Below, in pieces: positions 18,740 to 29,084 of a DNA stretch of 64,000 nucleotides (the stretch's first letter is position 1; each line of letters starts with the position of its first letter). The translations under genes and the position numbers were made by a program. Under the pieces are notes generated by a model, which saw nothing but the letters and a program-made list of their open reading frames with translations, had not been told where the DNA came from and made no database searches. The stretch comes from a virus, in the IMG/VR virus record IMGVR_UViG_3300017782_004332, positions 40,926 to 104,925 of that record; one strand, given 5' to 3'.

Positions 18740-19013
18740 TGAAATAAAATTTAAAGAAACTGATGTTCCTAACGGCATTCAAGCAATGTTGAACTTTGGT
18801 GTTTATGACCTGAGTATAGTACAGAGTGACTTCTCTTATGGTGGTAAGCAAGGTCTATATGAGATCGCAGTGTTTGAAGGCAATGATCAAAAAGAATTAG
18901 CGGGTATTACTGAAAAAGGTGATACAGTTAAAGGCTTCTTAACTGAAGGCGAAGTAGAAGCAATTATTAAAAAAATGCATCTAGTGACTGGTACGGATCC
19001 AGCAAATGGGTGA
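18729..19013 (+). CDS. Hypothetical protein
   Basis: AGGAG SD; SYGG..GLYEIAV motif. Confidence 0.6.
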   Translation: MKFDEIKFKETDVPNGIQAMLNFGVYDLSIVQSDFSYGGKQGLYEIAVFEGNDQKELAGITEKGDTVKGFLTEGEVEAIIKKMHLVTGTDPANG

Positions 19014-19197
19014 GTATCCTAAAAAAACTGGTCCAAACAGTTGGATAGTACAAGTTCGCGAGAACGGTAAAACGAAAGAACTTTACCTAGAATTTCCTGA
19101 AGGTTGTATTGATCAAGTTGGTTGGGACATCGGAGACACGCTTATGTGGGAAGAATTAAGCAACGGTGATTGGTCATTAACAAAGAAGGTTGAATAA
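19006..19197 (+). CDS. AbrB/MazE-like swapped-hairpin protein
   Basis: LYLEFP...DQVGW.IGDTL.W pattern. Confidence 0.5.
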   Translation: MGEYPKKTGPNSWIVQVRENGKTKELYLEFPEGCIDQVGWDIGDTLMWEELSNGDWSLTKKVE

Positions 19198-19205
19198 ATA
19201 TCTAT

Positions 19206-19448
19206 ATGAAACTAGTATTTAAAACACCATCAGGCCCTGTCGAAGCACAAGGTGAATTTACAAAAAGATACAAGGTTGTATCTAATAATTCTACTAGTGC
19301 ATCAGACATTACACAGTTCTGGACTTGGTTGAAATACGAGTTACCACACTTAGATCAAAATAAAACCCAACGTGTGTTTGGAGCATCTTTGTTAGATTTT
19401 AACAAGATAAATGCACAATGGAAAGATAAATTCACTTTTGAGTCATAA
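19206..19448 (+). CDS. Hypothetical protein
   Basis: TAAATA(19195-19200)-N5-ATG. Confidence 0.55.
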   Translation: MKLVFKTPSGPVEAQGEFTKRYKVVSNNSTSASDITQFWTWLKYELPHLDQNKTQRVFGASLLDFNKINAQWKDKFTFES

Positions 19449-19522
19449 ACCACATTCGAACCGGTTGCTTTTCTTCACAAAGATATATATAATTTGTAAA
19501 GTATATTCAATGGAGATTATTA

Positions 19523-20797
19523 ATGGCATTACCAAAAGGCCCTAGAAAAAAGAAACCTATAGTTAGACGCACCAAAGGTAACGAACCATCGTACGATGGT
19601 GTTGAACAACTAACTGGTAAAGCATACGGTAGTTTTAGATCGGCATGCCAGGACCATTATCGTATGGAATTTAAAACTTCAGATTACAAACAATGGACTA
19701 TAGATTATCTAGAGAATATTGAATACGGAAAATACAAAGACGTTATTAGTATTGTAAAAAAGAATCCAGATAATAATTTTAGTTCGACACTTGGCGGTCT
19801 TTGTAGAATGCGTTTAAAGGGTGTTGCTGATTACAACGAAGAGTATGATACCTATTGGCAGTCATTGCCTGGTACTAGTGGTTTTGTAAAACCAATGAGT
19901 GCGTTTATTCAACGACAGATAGAAGAATTAAAAGAAAAAGGCAATGCCATTGTTGAAATTAAGCAACAAGAAAAAAAGAAAGAAGAAGAAAAGCCAAAAA
20001 AATATATTCCAACTATACAAGAAAGAATACAAATGGCAATCCCAGCAATGACTGATCAATTTGAAGATGCTATTGACGAGTTTGCAATGCAAAGCAGATT
20101 AGACTTTAAAGATATTAAACCTTTAACAATATTCCGTCAGCGTGATGTTAAACAACCACATGCAAAGATTATTGCAGAAATATACGAACCTGCACTAGCA
20201 GAAATGCGAGAACTGTTAAATCCGCCTGTATTAAAAACAGAACATGATAAAGATTTTCATCAACAATTAAAAGATGGTTATTCACATTACGATAAAAAAC
20301 AAATTAAAAAGTTATATGAATTTTATTCTTCAATAATTACTGCCTGTGATGGTATCATTGCAGAACGTAAGGCTAGCCGTAAACCACGTAAATTGAGTGT
20401 TAAGGCCCCAGAAAAAGTAGTAGCCAAATTGAAATATAAAGTTAGTGACGCAACATATGGAGCAAGTATCGAACCACATAAATTCATTATGGCAAATATG
20501 TTGGTAATTTTTAATTGCAAAAATAGGAAATTGGGCGTATACTATACTAATAATGAAGATCCATTGGGCCAAAAAAGAGACGGTACTGGTCTTTATTTGA
20601 AAGGACAAACTATCCAACGATTTGATGAAAAGACATCGGTATGGAAAGTGTTACGTAAACCACAAATACAACTTGAGGAAATGCGTAATTTAAATACAAG
20701 ACGTAAATTTGAAAACTGGTGGAGTACTGTTAAAACTACTGAGACTAAGATGAATGGCAGAATTAACCCAGAAACAATATTGATAGGAGTATATTGA
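19523..20797 (+). CDS. Hypothetical basic protein
   Basis: 424 aa; TTGCTT-N17-TATAAT at 19465-19493 and GGAG SD. Confidence 0.65.
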   Translation: MALPKGPRKKKPIVRRTKGNEPSYDGVEQLTGKAYGSFRSACQDHYRMEFKTSDYKQWTIDYLENIEYGKYKDVISIVKKNPDNNFSSTLGGLCRMRLKGVADYNEEYDTYWQSLPGTSGFVKPMSAFIQRQIEELKEKGNAIVEIKQQEKKKEEEKPKKYIPTIQERIQMAIPAMTDQFEDAIDEFAMQSRLDFKDIKPLTIFRQRDVKQPHAKIIAEIYEPALAEMRELLNPPVLKTEHDKDFHQQLKDGYSHYDKKQIKKLYEFYSSIITACDGIIAERKASRKPRKLSVKAPEKVVAKLKYKVSDATYGASIEPHKFIMANMLVIFNCKNRKLGVYYTNNEDPLGQKRDGTGLYLKGQTIQRFDEKTSVWKVLRKPQIQLEEMRNLNTRRKFENWWSTVKTTETKMNGRINPETILIGVY

Positions 20798-21390
20798 TGA
20801 GTAACCTAGTACCTATGGTGGTTGAAAAATCACATGACGGAGAAAGAGCCTATGACATTTTTAGTCGTTTGCTTAAAGATCGTATCGTTTTTTTAAACGG
20901 TCCGGTGCATGACGGTGTAGCACATAGTTTAACTGCACAACTAATTTTATTAGAATCAGATAGTGGAACAAAACCGATCCACTTTTATATTAATTCACCG
21001 GGTGGTGTAGTAAGCAGTGGTATGGCAATTTATGATACAATGCAATATATCAAGTCTCCTGTTTATACATATGTTATGGGTCAAGCGGCATCAATGGGAT
21101 CTTTACTTGCTCAGGCAGGTGATCCAGGACACAGGTATATGTTGCCACATGCAAGACACATGATTCACCAACCAAGCGGTGGTGCTAGTGGTCAAGCAAC
21201 TGATATTCAAATTCATGCAGAAGAAATTATCAAACTTAAAAAAGAATTAACAGAAATATATGTTAAGCATAATTCAAAAGAAAAAACATTTGATGATTTA
21301 AGTAATGATATGGAACGTGATAAGTTTATGACTGCCTCAGAAGCACTTGAATACGGACTTATTGATGAAATCTTTGAAAGGAGAGACTGA
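20794..21390 (+). CDS. clpP: ATP-dependent Clp protease proteolytic subunit
   Basis: [53 protein letters not shown]. Confidence 0.96.
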   Translation: MMSNLVPMVVEKSHDGERAYDIFSRLLKDRIVFLNGPVHDGVAHSLTAQLILLESDSGTKPIHFYINSPGGVVSSGMAIYDTMQYIKSPVYTYVMGQAASMGSLLAQAGDPGHRYMLPHARHMIHQPSGGASGQATDIQIHAEEIIKLKKELTEIYVKHNSKEKTFDDLSNDMERDKFMTASEALEYGLIDEIFERRD

Positions 21391-21572
21391 TGAAAGACGG
21401 ACCTATGTTTGAACATATCAACAGAAGCACAGAAGGTATGATCAAAGCAGAATATATTACATACACTGTGAAGGACGGACAACTTATAAAGGAAACTTCT
21501 ATTAGACAGTTTCAAAAAAGTGGAGACTATCATGATAGTTTTCTAAGTGATCCATTGGTAGAGGTAAAATAA
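21390..21572 (+). CDS. Hypothetical protein
   Basis: Translationally coupled 60 aa ORF. Confidence 0.55.
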   Translation: MKDGPMFEHINRSTEGMIKAEYITYTVKDGQLIKETSIRQFQKSGDYHDSFLSDPLVEVK

Positions 21573-21733
21573 TGGAACCAGTAGATCCTAGCAAGAAACA
21601 TTTTTATATTAGTTTAGTAAAGAGTGCGTTACGTATCCTAGGATGTGTAGCAGTTTTGTTAGGTGGAGGTATTATATACCTAGCAAGTGCATTTTTACTT
21701 GCTGAACTGTTGGGTATTGCAGAGGAATTGTAA
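21572..21733 (+). CDS. Small membrane protein (not in ORF track)
   Basis: MEPVDPSKKHFYISLVKS...AELLGIAEEL*, TAATG coupling at both ends. Confidence 0.6.
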   Translation: MEPVDPSKKHFYISLVKSALRILGCVAVLLGGGIIYLASAFLLAELLGIAEEL

Positions 21734-22842
21734 TGCCTGTAGCAACCTTTGATAAACCAATCGACAATATTAGGGTCTCGCAATTAGATATTAAGAAGGG
21801 AGAGTTTCCTGGTGACTGGGTCAAGGGCGGTCCTATACAAGATTTCAGCAGTATTGGTATCGACGATCGTGCTAGTAAGATATCGTTAACTGTTATCGAC
21901 GATACTGTTATTGTTGATACTGTGAAAACAAAAACATTACTAGGCGATATTGATTTTACAGGTAATGTAAATTTTAAAAAAAATGTATTTGTTGCTGGCA
22001 AACTCGAAGTTGACGAATTAATTACAAAGCAGTTAATGGCGGACGAACATACCGAAAGACAGTATGTTGAATTTAGCCACAAGAATAAACGCAAAACAAG
22101 TGTCGGAACAGGATTTATTTGGACACATCCTAAGCAATACACAAAGCAATTTGTATATCTAAATAAACCTGACAGATTTTACAGCACAGAACCATTAGAA
22201 TTACATAAAGATAAGTCATATATGATAGGACAACAAGATGTATTATCACAAAGTACACTTGGTGCTAGTGTAGTTAAAAGTAGTTTACAACAGGTAGGAC
22301 AACTTAAAAATCTTAAAGTAAGTGGACGAGTTGAAATTGGGGAATACATATTTTATGATCCTAATTTAGATAGAATAGGGTTTGGTACAGACAAGCCTGC
22401 AGGCGATCTTGCTATTCTTAATTTTGAATATGATACAAATTTTGTTATTGATGCTGATGAAGGACTTATTAAACTAGGTGCTTATAATAATAAAAGTGTT
22501 GGGTTAATTACAGATGACCAAGTACGATTAACTATTGATCCCAAAGGTAACTTAACCGTAGGACAAGAAGGTAACAATGATGCTGTTCATCACATTTACG
22601 GAAAAGTAGGAATTGGCATTAAAAACCCGCAACATAGTATGGATGTTGTTGGAAATATAAAGTTTCAAAACAGGGTGTTTACTGTTGCTGATCGCCCACC
22701 TTTAAAAGGTAGATGGAATAAAGGCGACACTGTGTGGAACAAAAATCCTAAAGAAGATGCACCAGTTGGATGGATTTGTACTGTTGGTGGAAACCCAGGA
22801 CAATGGAACAGTTTCGGTTTTATCGGCAAACCTAACAATTAA
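21733..22842 (+). CDS. Tail fibre-like structural protein
   Basis: LGASVVKSSL..VG.L, VGIG..NP, and C-terminal G.W.KGD.VWN..P....GW.C motifs. Confidence 0.55.
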   Translation: MPVATFDKPIDNIRVSQLDIKKGEFPGDWVKGGPIQDFSSIGIDDRASKISLTVIDDTVIVDTVKTKTLLGDIDFTGNVNFKKNVFVAGKLEVDELITKQLMADEHTERQYVEFSHKNKRKTSVGTGFIWTHPKQYTKQFVYLNKPDRFYSTEPLELHKDKSYMIGQQDVLSQSTLGASVVKSSLQQVGQLKNLKVSGRVEIGEYIFYDPNLDRIGFGTDKPAGDLAILNFEYDTNFVIDADEGLIKLGAYNNKSVGLITDDQVRLTIDPKGNLTVGQEGNNDAVHHIYGKVGIGIKNPQHSMDVVGNIKFQNRVFTVADRPPLKGRWNKGDTVWNKNPKEDAPVGWICTVGGNPGQWNSFGFIGKPNN

Positions 22843-22883
22843 CCATATACCTAATTTCTTAAATCAAAACAATAAATATTGGT

Positions 22884-23222
22884 ATGAAGAACATTATTTT
22901 TTTAAAGAAAGAGATTCCTAATCGCATCAGGAAACAAGTAGAATATTGGAACCTGTTTGCGAAGTTAGCACCAATAGCATTTGTTGTTGGAGGGTTCTTT
23001 TTCTATGAGTTTAACTTTTGCTCGTTACAAACACTATTGTTTGTAGGCGCCGGGATGTTTACTGTCACGGCAGTTATTTGGTGGTTCTGGACTGTTAATA
23101 CTATTGGGTTTGTATCAGACAGAGTACATAAAGCAGAAGAAGGAATTCAAGATGTTCTATCAGATCTTAAAATAATAAAAGAACTTTTTCGAGAAATTAA
23201 AGACAACAATAACAAGAAGTAA
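22884..23222 (+). CDS. Hypothetical two-TM protein
   Basis: TAAATA-N5-ATG; two hydrophobic helices. Confidence 0.6.
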   Translation: MKNIIFLKKEIPNRIRKQVEYWNLFAKLAPIAFVVGGFFFYEFNFCSLQTLLFVGAGMFTVTAVIWWFWTVNTIGFVSDRVHKAEEGIQDVLSDLKIIKELFREIKDNNNKK

Positions 23223-23230
23223 ATAACACT

Positions 23231-23851
23231 ATGAGTGCTTATGTTACAGTTATTGGAAACGGTGAAAGCCGTAAGGGATTTGACTTATATACCTTAGAAT
23301 GGTTAGGTGAAACTGTTGGAACAAATGCAGTACACAGAGATTTTATTCCTGATAACCTTGTTTGCTGTGATCGACGTATGGTTAGCGAAGCCGTAAATAA
23401 CGATTATAAAAATCCGTTATACACTAGGAAAGATTGGCGTAAGAATTTTAGTTTTTGGCAGAATGTTAGAGAACTGCCAGCCTTACCATATAACGGAGAT
23501 AAAAGAATTGACGACCCGTTCCAATGGGGAAGTGGAGGACATGCACTCAATCTAGCATGTACTTTCAATCCTAACTTTGTAGTAATGATTGGTTTTGATT
23601 TGTATAGTTCGGATAAACTGTTTAATAATATATATAAAGATACAGAAAATTATAACACAAAAACCAAACATGCAACTGATCCTTCATATTGGATATATCA
23701 AACTGCTAAACTATTCGAGTTATATCCTAATATAAAGTTTCTTCAAATACAACCAGATGACTGGGAACCACCAGAAGAATGGGATCAATACGATAACTTT
23801 TTTATCGATAATTACGAAAACTTTAAAATATTGGTTGACAAACACAAATAA
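23231..23851 (+). CDS. Rossmann-type transferase-like protein (DUF115/sialyltransferase-like)
   Basis: VIGNGES, VGTNA, D.LV..D, WGSG..A, MIGFD motifs. Confidence 0.55.
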   Translation: MSAYVTVIGNGESRKGFDLYTLEWLGETVGTNAVHRDFIPDNLVCCDRRMVSEAVNNDYKNPLYTRKDWRKNFSFWQNVRELPALPYNGDKRIDDPFQWGSGGHALNLACTFNPNFVVMIGFDLYSSDKLFNNIYKDTENYNTKTKHATDPSYWIYQTAKLFELYPNIKFLQIQPDDWEPPEEWDQYDNFFIDNYENFKILVDKHK

Positions 23852-23863
23852 ATCTACTATAAT
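23835..23863 (+). promoter_or_regulatory. Consensus sigma70 promoter upstream of queD
   Basis: TTGACA-N17-TATAAT. Confidence 0.8.
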
Positions 23864-23969
23864 ATGTGTATGTTAAAAATATTTTGTAGTAACATAAGAC
23901 TGCATATATACAATACAGGACTTGGCGTCAACCCTTCTAACTCTGCCGCTGTTATTATAGGAGAATAAT

Positions 23970-24446
23970 ATGGCTTATTACAGCACAAAAACATACGGAC
24001 ACAACATTGGACTTTCAGCAGTGTTTAGACAACCAAATGCAGATCATTCACACTGTCATCTGCTTCACGGATATAGTTTGCAATTTAAATTTACATTTGG
24101 ATGTGCAGATCTTGACAATAAAAACTGGGCAGTAGACTTTGGCGGATTGAAACAAGTCAAAGCATGGCTTGAAGATAACTTCGACCATAAGACTTGTGTA
24201 GATATTAACGACCCGCACAAACAAGACTTTTATGATTTGCAAGACAAAGACTTGTGTGAAGTACGAGAGTTTGATGGTGTAGGTGCAGAGAAGTTTGCCT
24301 ACCATGCATACAATTTTGCAAACAATCTTGTTGAGAAAACGAGCAACGGACGTTGCTGGGTTGAATCTGTCGAGTGTGCAGAACACGGTGCCAATAGTGC
24401 AATCTATACACCCTTTGAATCTCAGAAGATGAGATTCGATGGCTAA
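23970..24446 (+). CDS. queD: QueD/6-pyruvoyl-tetrahydropterin synthase family
   Basis: CHLLHGY, VDFG.LK, FDH, E.FA motifs of the T-fold PTPS/QueD family. Confidence 0.85.
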   Translation: MAYYSTKTYGHNIGLSAVFRQPNADHSHCHLLHGYSLQFKFTFGCADLDNKNWAVDFGGLKQVKAWLEDNFDHKTCVDINDPHKQDFYDLQDKDLCEVREFDGVGAEKFAYHAYNFANNLVEKTSNGRCWVESVECAEHGANSAIYTPFESQKMRFDG

Positions 24447-25332
24447 GGTTGATAAATCTAAATATTCCAAAGCAGAATGGAAACGGATTCGCCAAGAGCG
24501 TAGAAATTTAAAAGCACAAGATAGCCATGATAAGGTTGTTGGAGCATTACGTCGACAACAAATACCAGAAATAGCACCAGTATTTGAAAAAGGTTATCCC
24601 GACTATGAAGCAGTTAATAAAGATGAAGTCAGTAATTATGTTTTATGTCTAAAACATGGAACAAAATATAGTGCAGAATACGTGAACACTTTATATAATA
24701 TGGTTAAAAGAAACTTAGGTGTTCCTTTTAAAATGGCATGTTTAACAGATAATCCTAAAGGTATCAATGAAGATATAGAATGTATTAATATACCTCATAA
24801 TTTATCTGGTTGGTGGTGCAAACCTTATATGTATAGTTCTAGTTTACCACTACCAAACGACTGTACAATTTTGTATATGGATTTAGATGTAGTAATTTCA
24901 GGACCATTAGATAAACTGTTTACATATCAACCCGGAGAATGGTGCGTTATTAGAGATTTTACTCGTGCTATGCAACCTCAATGGCAAAAATATAATAGTT
25001 CAGTAATAAGATTTAGAAAAGGTCAGTTAAATGATGTATGGGCAAGATTCATTGCAGATCCACAAAAAGTAATAGGCAGTCATTTCGGAGATCAAGATTG
25101 GTTATGGACAGCGGCACAAGGAACTGCAAAACTTTGGCCTGACGAATGGATTAGAAGTTATAAATGGGAAGTAAGAAAAGATAGACATTTATCAGCAGGT
25201 GTGAAAGGTGAAAGAAAATTTACTAAACAAGAAAATCCTAAACCCGACGAGCAGTGTAGTATAGCAGTATTTCATGGAGATCCTAATCCACACAACTGTG
25301 ACGATCCTTGGGTAGTGGAGAACTGGAAGTAA
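24439..25332 (+). CDS. GT-A fold glycosyltransferase
   Basis: CLKHGTKY..EYVN, CLTD, WW.K, YMDLDVVI (DxD), NSSV, GDQDW, VFHG.P.P. Confidence 0.8.
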   Translation: MAKVDKSKYSKAEWKRIRQERRNLKAQDSHDKVVGALRRQQIPEIAPVFEKGYPDYEAVNKDEVSNYVLCLKHGTKYSAEYVNTLYNMVKRNLGVPFKMACLTDNPKGINEDIECINIPHNLSGWWCKPYMYSSSLPLPNDCTILYMDLDVVISGPLDKLFTYQPGEWCVIRDFTRAMQPQWQKYNSSVIRFRKGQLNDVWARFIADPQKVIGSHFGDQDWLWTAAQGTAKLWPDEWIRSYKWEVRKDRHLSAGVKGERKFTKQENPKPDEQCSIAVFHGDPNPHNCDDPWVVENWK

Positions 25333-25333
25333 T

Positions 25334-25930
25334 ATGGATCATAAATTACATAACGTTTTTCCAACTCTTGTAATGGAGTTTAATCTAAATGCAGATGTAG
25401 ATACAAAGTTATTACAAGGTGTTTTACAAAAAGAACAAACCAAACCTCATCCATTACTTTCAAAGAATGCTGAAAGTTCTTATTTTTCAGGCAATCATAA
25501 TATACTTGACATTGACCATCCGTTAGTTATTAAGTTAAAAGAGACATTTCAAAACTGTATTGATCAATATATTCAAACTGCTGGACTAACACAATGCAAT
25601 ATATCAAATAGTTGGTTAAGTATTATGGATACAAACAGCAAACTTGTTCCTCACAGACATGAAAACAGTGTGTTAAGTGGAGCATATTATCCAAAAGTTC
25701 CGAAGAACAGTACCGGATTAAAGTTTTTCAATCCAACTAAAATATATAAGATGTGCGAAACACATCAAGAAACAACTATGTATAATGCTGATAATGGAGA
25801 GTTTCCGGCACAAGAAGGAGTTCTATACATATTTCCTAGTTGGTTAGAACATGGTAGTGAAACTAACCAAACCGATAATCGTATGGTGATAAGTTTCAAT
25901 ACATTAAATATGAATGGAGTACAAACATGA
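25334..25930 (+). CDS. 2OG-Fe(II) oxygenase family protein
   Basis: H.H..S..SGAYY, FPSWL.H, R..ISFN. Confidence 0.85.
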   Translation: MDHKLHNVFPTLVMEFNLNADVDTKLLQGVLQKEQTKPHPLLSKNAESSYFSGNHNILDIDHPLVIKLKETFQNCIDQYIQTAGLTQCNISNSWLSIMDTNSKLVPHRHENSVLSGAYYPKVPKNSTGLKFFNPTKIYKMCETHQETTMYNADNGEFPAQEGVLYIFPSWLEHGSETNQTDNRMVISFNTLNMNGVQT

Positions 25931-26511
25931 GCATAGAAGAATCATATATTAGAGAATATCCAGGCGCATTTTCAAAAGAATATTGCGATAAAGTTATTGA
26001 TCGTTTTGAAACGATGAATAAAAATCATCAAACATCAAACTATGACGGTAGTGTTAAATTTAATGCCGACACTCGTGTAGTTTATGATTGGGCACCACAC
26101 CATAATATGTTTTATCATGATCCTGCACTTTGTGAAGAATTTTATAAAACTGTAAATGAATATTATGGTAAAAAATATGTTAGCGAATTTACTGTTCTTA
26201 AAGACAGCATGATTAAACACACACCCAAAGGCATGAGTGTTCAACGTAATGGTCCAAAAGAAGCATACCATATCTGGCATATTGAAAACAATGACAGGGC
26301 AAGTAGAGATCGTGTTGCTGTTTACATGCTATATCTTAACACTGTAAAAGAAGGTGGCGAAACAGAGTTTCTTTATCAAGGAATAAAGACTAAACCTGTT
26401 GCTGGTAAACTAGTGTTCTTTCCTGCTACATGGCAACATCCACACAGGGGCAATCCAATATATGATGGATACAAATACATTATTACAGGGTGGTTTACAT
26501 ACGACGAATAA
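25927..26511 (+). CDS. 2OG-Fe(II) oxygenase (prolyl hydroxylase-like)
   Basis: WHIE, YLN....GGET.F, FFPA...HPHRG, KYI.TGW. Confidence 0.88.
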   Translation: MSIEESYIREYPGAFSKEYCDKVIDRFETMNKNHQTSNYDGSVKFNADTRVVYDWAPHHNMFYHDPALCEEFYKTVNEYYGKKYVSEFTVLKDSMIKHTPKGMSVQRNGPKEAYHIWHIENNDRASRDRVAVYMLYLNTVKEGGETEFLYQGIKTKPVAGKLVFFPATWQHPHRGNPIYDGYKYIITGWFTYDE

Positions 26512-26515
26512 TCTA

Positions 26516-27235
26516 GTGTCTAGTAGATTTATTTTCGACGTCGATGGAACGTTAACACCTAGCAGACAACCGATGGACGCTGAGTTCCAGAAATGGTTTG
26601 CAAACTTTCAAGAACATAATTATGTCTATCTCATTACGGGTAGTGATAGAGATAAAACATTAGAACAAGTTGGTTCGATAGTATATAATTTTTCTGTCAA
26701 GGTATATAACTGTTCAGGTTGTGATGTATGGGAGCAAGATAAAAATGTTTATACTAGTAGTTGGGCATTGCCTCAAGATGCTCGCAATTGGTTGAATATT
26801 GAACTAGACAAAAGTAAATTTGTTCTACGCACAGGTAATCATATTGAGGAACGTCCTGGCATGGTTAACTTTAGTATTGTAGGGCGTAATGCTACAATAG
26901 GTGAACGTAAGTTATATGTTCAATGGGATGAAAACAACCTAGAACGCAAACACATTGCGGCACAGTTTAACTTTCGCTTTCCAAAATTACAAGCAGTAAT
27001 TGGTGGAGAAACAGGCCTAGATATTTTTCCTAAAGGAAGCGACAAAAGCCAAATTATAAGAGATTTTAATCCACATGACATTTTACATTTTTTTGGTGAT
27101 GCTACATTTAAAGGAGGAAATGATTATCCTTTGAAAAAAGTAATCATTGACAACGATCTCGGTTACTGTTATAATGTAAAAGACTACAAAGAAACTTGGA
27201 AAATATTAAGAGAACAATTTGAATGGATGATCTAA
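26516..27235 (+). CDS. HAD-IIB phosphomannomutase (eukaryotic PMM-like)
   Basis: FDVDGTLTPSR, TGSD, IEERPGMVNFS..GR, GG..G.DI.P...DK, FFGD...GGND; probable GTG start 26516. Confidence 0.85.
   Translation: MSSRFIFDVDGTLTPSRQPMDAEFQKWFANFQEHNYVYLITGSDRDKTLEQVGSIVYNFSVKVYNCSGCDVWEQDKNVYTSSWALPQDARNWLNIELDKSKFVLRTGNHIEERPGMVNFSIVGRNATIGERKLYVQWDENNLERKHIAAQFNFRFPKLQAVIGGETGLDIFPKGSDKSQIIRDFNPHDILHFFGDATFKGGNDYPLKKVIIDNDLGYCYNVKDYKETWKILREQFEWMI
27147..27175 (+). promoter_or_regulatory. Consensus sigma70 promoter inside the PMM gene 3' end
   Basis: TTGACA-N17-TATAAT upstream of uvsE. Confidence 0.7.
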
Positions 27236-28353
27236 AATTTATGACAGCAGGTAATTTTATTACAGGTCAACAAGACATACATCGTATAGGCTTTGCATGT
27301 AAGTACATGCATCCAGACCAAACACAGAAGAAAAAACTACTAGAAGAAATTCAACGACCACTAAATACTCGTAGCACAACAGTACAGTGGCTTAATAGGC
27401 AAACACGTGAAGTTGCTGAACAACGTTTGTGGGATATCATGGTTCACAATATACAATCGTATATGAACCTTATTACCTATGTAGGAGGATTACCAAATGA
27501 ACTGCGTATGGTTAGACTGGGTAGTGATGTGCTACCGGTATACACACAAGCAGATTGGTCTTACTTTTGGCAGAAGCCAGATGTACGTGCCTACTGCGAG
27601 AAAAACTTTGCCAATGTCGGCAAACAAGCAAGAGCCCTCGATGTCCGACTATCGATGCACCCAGGCCAATTTACTGTACTTGCGAGTGACAACCCCGAAA
27701 TTGTAGATAGGAGCGTAGAAGAATTTGAATATCACACCGATGTCATCAGGTGGATGGGCTATGGACGCTCATTCCAAGACTTTAAATGCAACGTCCATAT
27801 ATCAGGCAGGCAAGGTCCAGCCGGTATCAAACACGCAGTTAACACAAGATTATCTCAAGAAGCGAGAAACTGCATCACGATCGAGAACGACGAAAACAAA
27901 TGGGGCATCATGGACAGTCTTGAATTGGTCGACACCTGTGCCCTCGTACTTGACATACACCATCACTGGTGCCGTGAAGGTGAATACATTTTGCCAGCCG
28001 ACGATAGATTTTCTCGCGTAATTGATTCATGGCGTGGTGTACGTCCTGTTATACACTATTCATACAGTAGAGATGAAGCATTACCTGAAGGCTTTGCACA
28101 CGACACAATGCCCGACATGCCTGTACTATTAGAATCAGGCTTTAAAAAAGGCAAACTAAGAGCCCATAGTGATTACTATCCTAACAATGCAGTTAACGAC
28201 TATGCACTTTCGTTCTTAGAACACGCTGATATTATGTGTGAGAGCAAGGCAAAGAATTTGGCTAGTATCGGTTTGCATAAATATTATTATGAAAATTACG
28301 GAACTAACCAACACAAGTTGTCCAAGAACCAAAGCCAAGCAGTGCCAGTGTGA
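27223..28353 (+). CDS. uvsE: UV damage endonuclease
   Basis: RIGFAC, RLSMHPGQF.VLAS, IENDE, LVLDIHHH, HYS, RAHSD, MCESKAK. Confidence 0.93.
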   Translation: MDDLKFMTAGNFITGQQDIHRIGFACKYMHPDQTQKKKLLEEIQRPLNTRSTTVQWLNRQTREVAEQRLWDIMVHNIQSYMNLITYVGGLPNELRMVRLGSDVLPVYTQADWSYFWQKPDVRAYCEKNFANVGKQARALDVRLSMHPGQFTVLASDNPEIVDRSVEEFEYHTDVIRWMGYGRSFQDFKCNVHISGRQGPAGIKHAVNTRLSQEARNCITIENDENKWGIMDSLELVDTCALVLDIHHHWCREGEYILPADDRFSRVIDSWRGVRPVIHYSYSRDEALPEGFAHDTMPDMPVLLESGFKKGKLRAHSDYYPNNAVNDYALSFLEHADIMCESKAKNLASIGLHKYYYENYGTNQHKLSKNQSQAVPV

Positions 28354-28852
28354 AAGTGTTAACGCACTAACCGAATCACAAGATACTGTATTTGCTGTTG
28401 TTTCAGAACTTATCCATTCAGATAAAGTTAAAGGACAAATACTTTTCATGCAACAAGCAGATGGACCTACTTTAATTAAAGGTCGTGTTACAGGTCTTGA
28501 ACCTGGCAAACACGGATTTCATGTTCATCAATTTGGTGATCTGTCAGATGGTTGTGATTCTGCCGGCCCTCATTTTGATCCTGATGGTGTTGACCATGGT
28601 GATCTTGATAAAGGACATGTCGGTGATTTAGGAAATATCACAGCGAACACTTCCGGCATAGCCGATTTCACTATAGTTGCAAAAAGAGTGGATCTTGTAG
28701 GAGATCGTAGCATTGTTGGTCGTGCTATTGTTATTCATGCCGACGAAGATGACTTAGGTAAAGGCGGCGATGAAGAATCACTTAAAACAGGAAATGCAGG
28801 AGAAAGAGTAGCCTGCGGAATAATTACACTTAAAGATAAATCAGGAGAATAA
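28289..28852 (+). CDS. sodC: Cu/Zn superoxide dismutase with unusual N-terminal extension
   Basis: GLEPGKHGFHVH, SAGPHF.P, HVGDLGNI, GRAIVIH..EDD.G, GNAGER.ACG; start reassigned to 28289 (TAAATA-N5-ATG). Confidence 0.93.
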   Translation: MKITELTNTSCPRTKAKQCQCESVNALTESQDTVFAVVSELIHSDKVKGQILFMQQADGPTLIKGRVTGLEPGKHGFHVHQFGDLSDGCDSAGPHFDPDGVDHGDLDKGHVGDLGNITANTSGIADFTIVAKRVDLVGDRSIVGRAIVIHADEDDLGKGGDEESLKTGNAGERVACGIITLKDKSGE

Positions 28853-28855
28853 ATC

Positions 28856-29074
28856 ATGTTAAATTGGTTGAAAAAAGTTTTCTTGCCGGCTGTTGAGGAT
28901 ATCGATGCGTTGGTATTAGAAAAGCAGGTGATTGAAAAGAAAGCAGAACTAACAAAAATGACTAAAGTACAACTTGAAAAATTAGGTCGTGCTTATGATG
29001 TTGAATTAGACCGTAGATTAACTAAAGCAAAACTAGTTGATCAATTATGGAAAGTAGTAAAACCTAAAAAATAA
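28856..29074 (+). CDS. Small protein with HeH/Rho-N-like motif
   Basis: L.KMTK.QLE.LGR...VELDRR.TK..LV. Confidence 0.5.
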   Translation: MLNWLKKVFLPAVEDIDALVLEKQVIEKKAELTKMTKVQLEKLGRAYDVELDRRLTKAKLVDQLWKVVKPKK

Positions 29075-29084
29075 GGAGAACACA

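Noticed and set aside
28238-28288. ORF-track N-terminal extension of SOD as a signal peptide
   Set aside because: GTG lies inside uvsE with no SD; ATG 28289 fits the TAAATA-N5 rule
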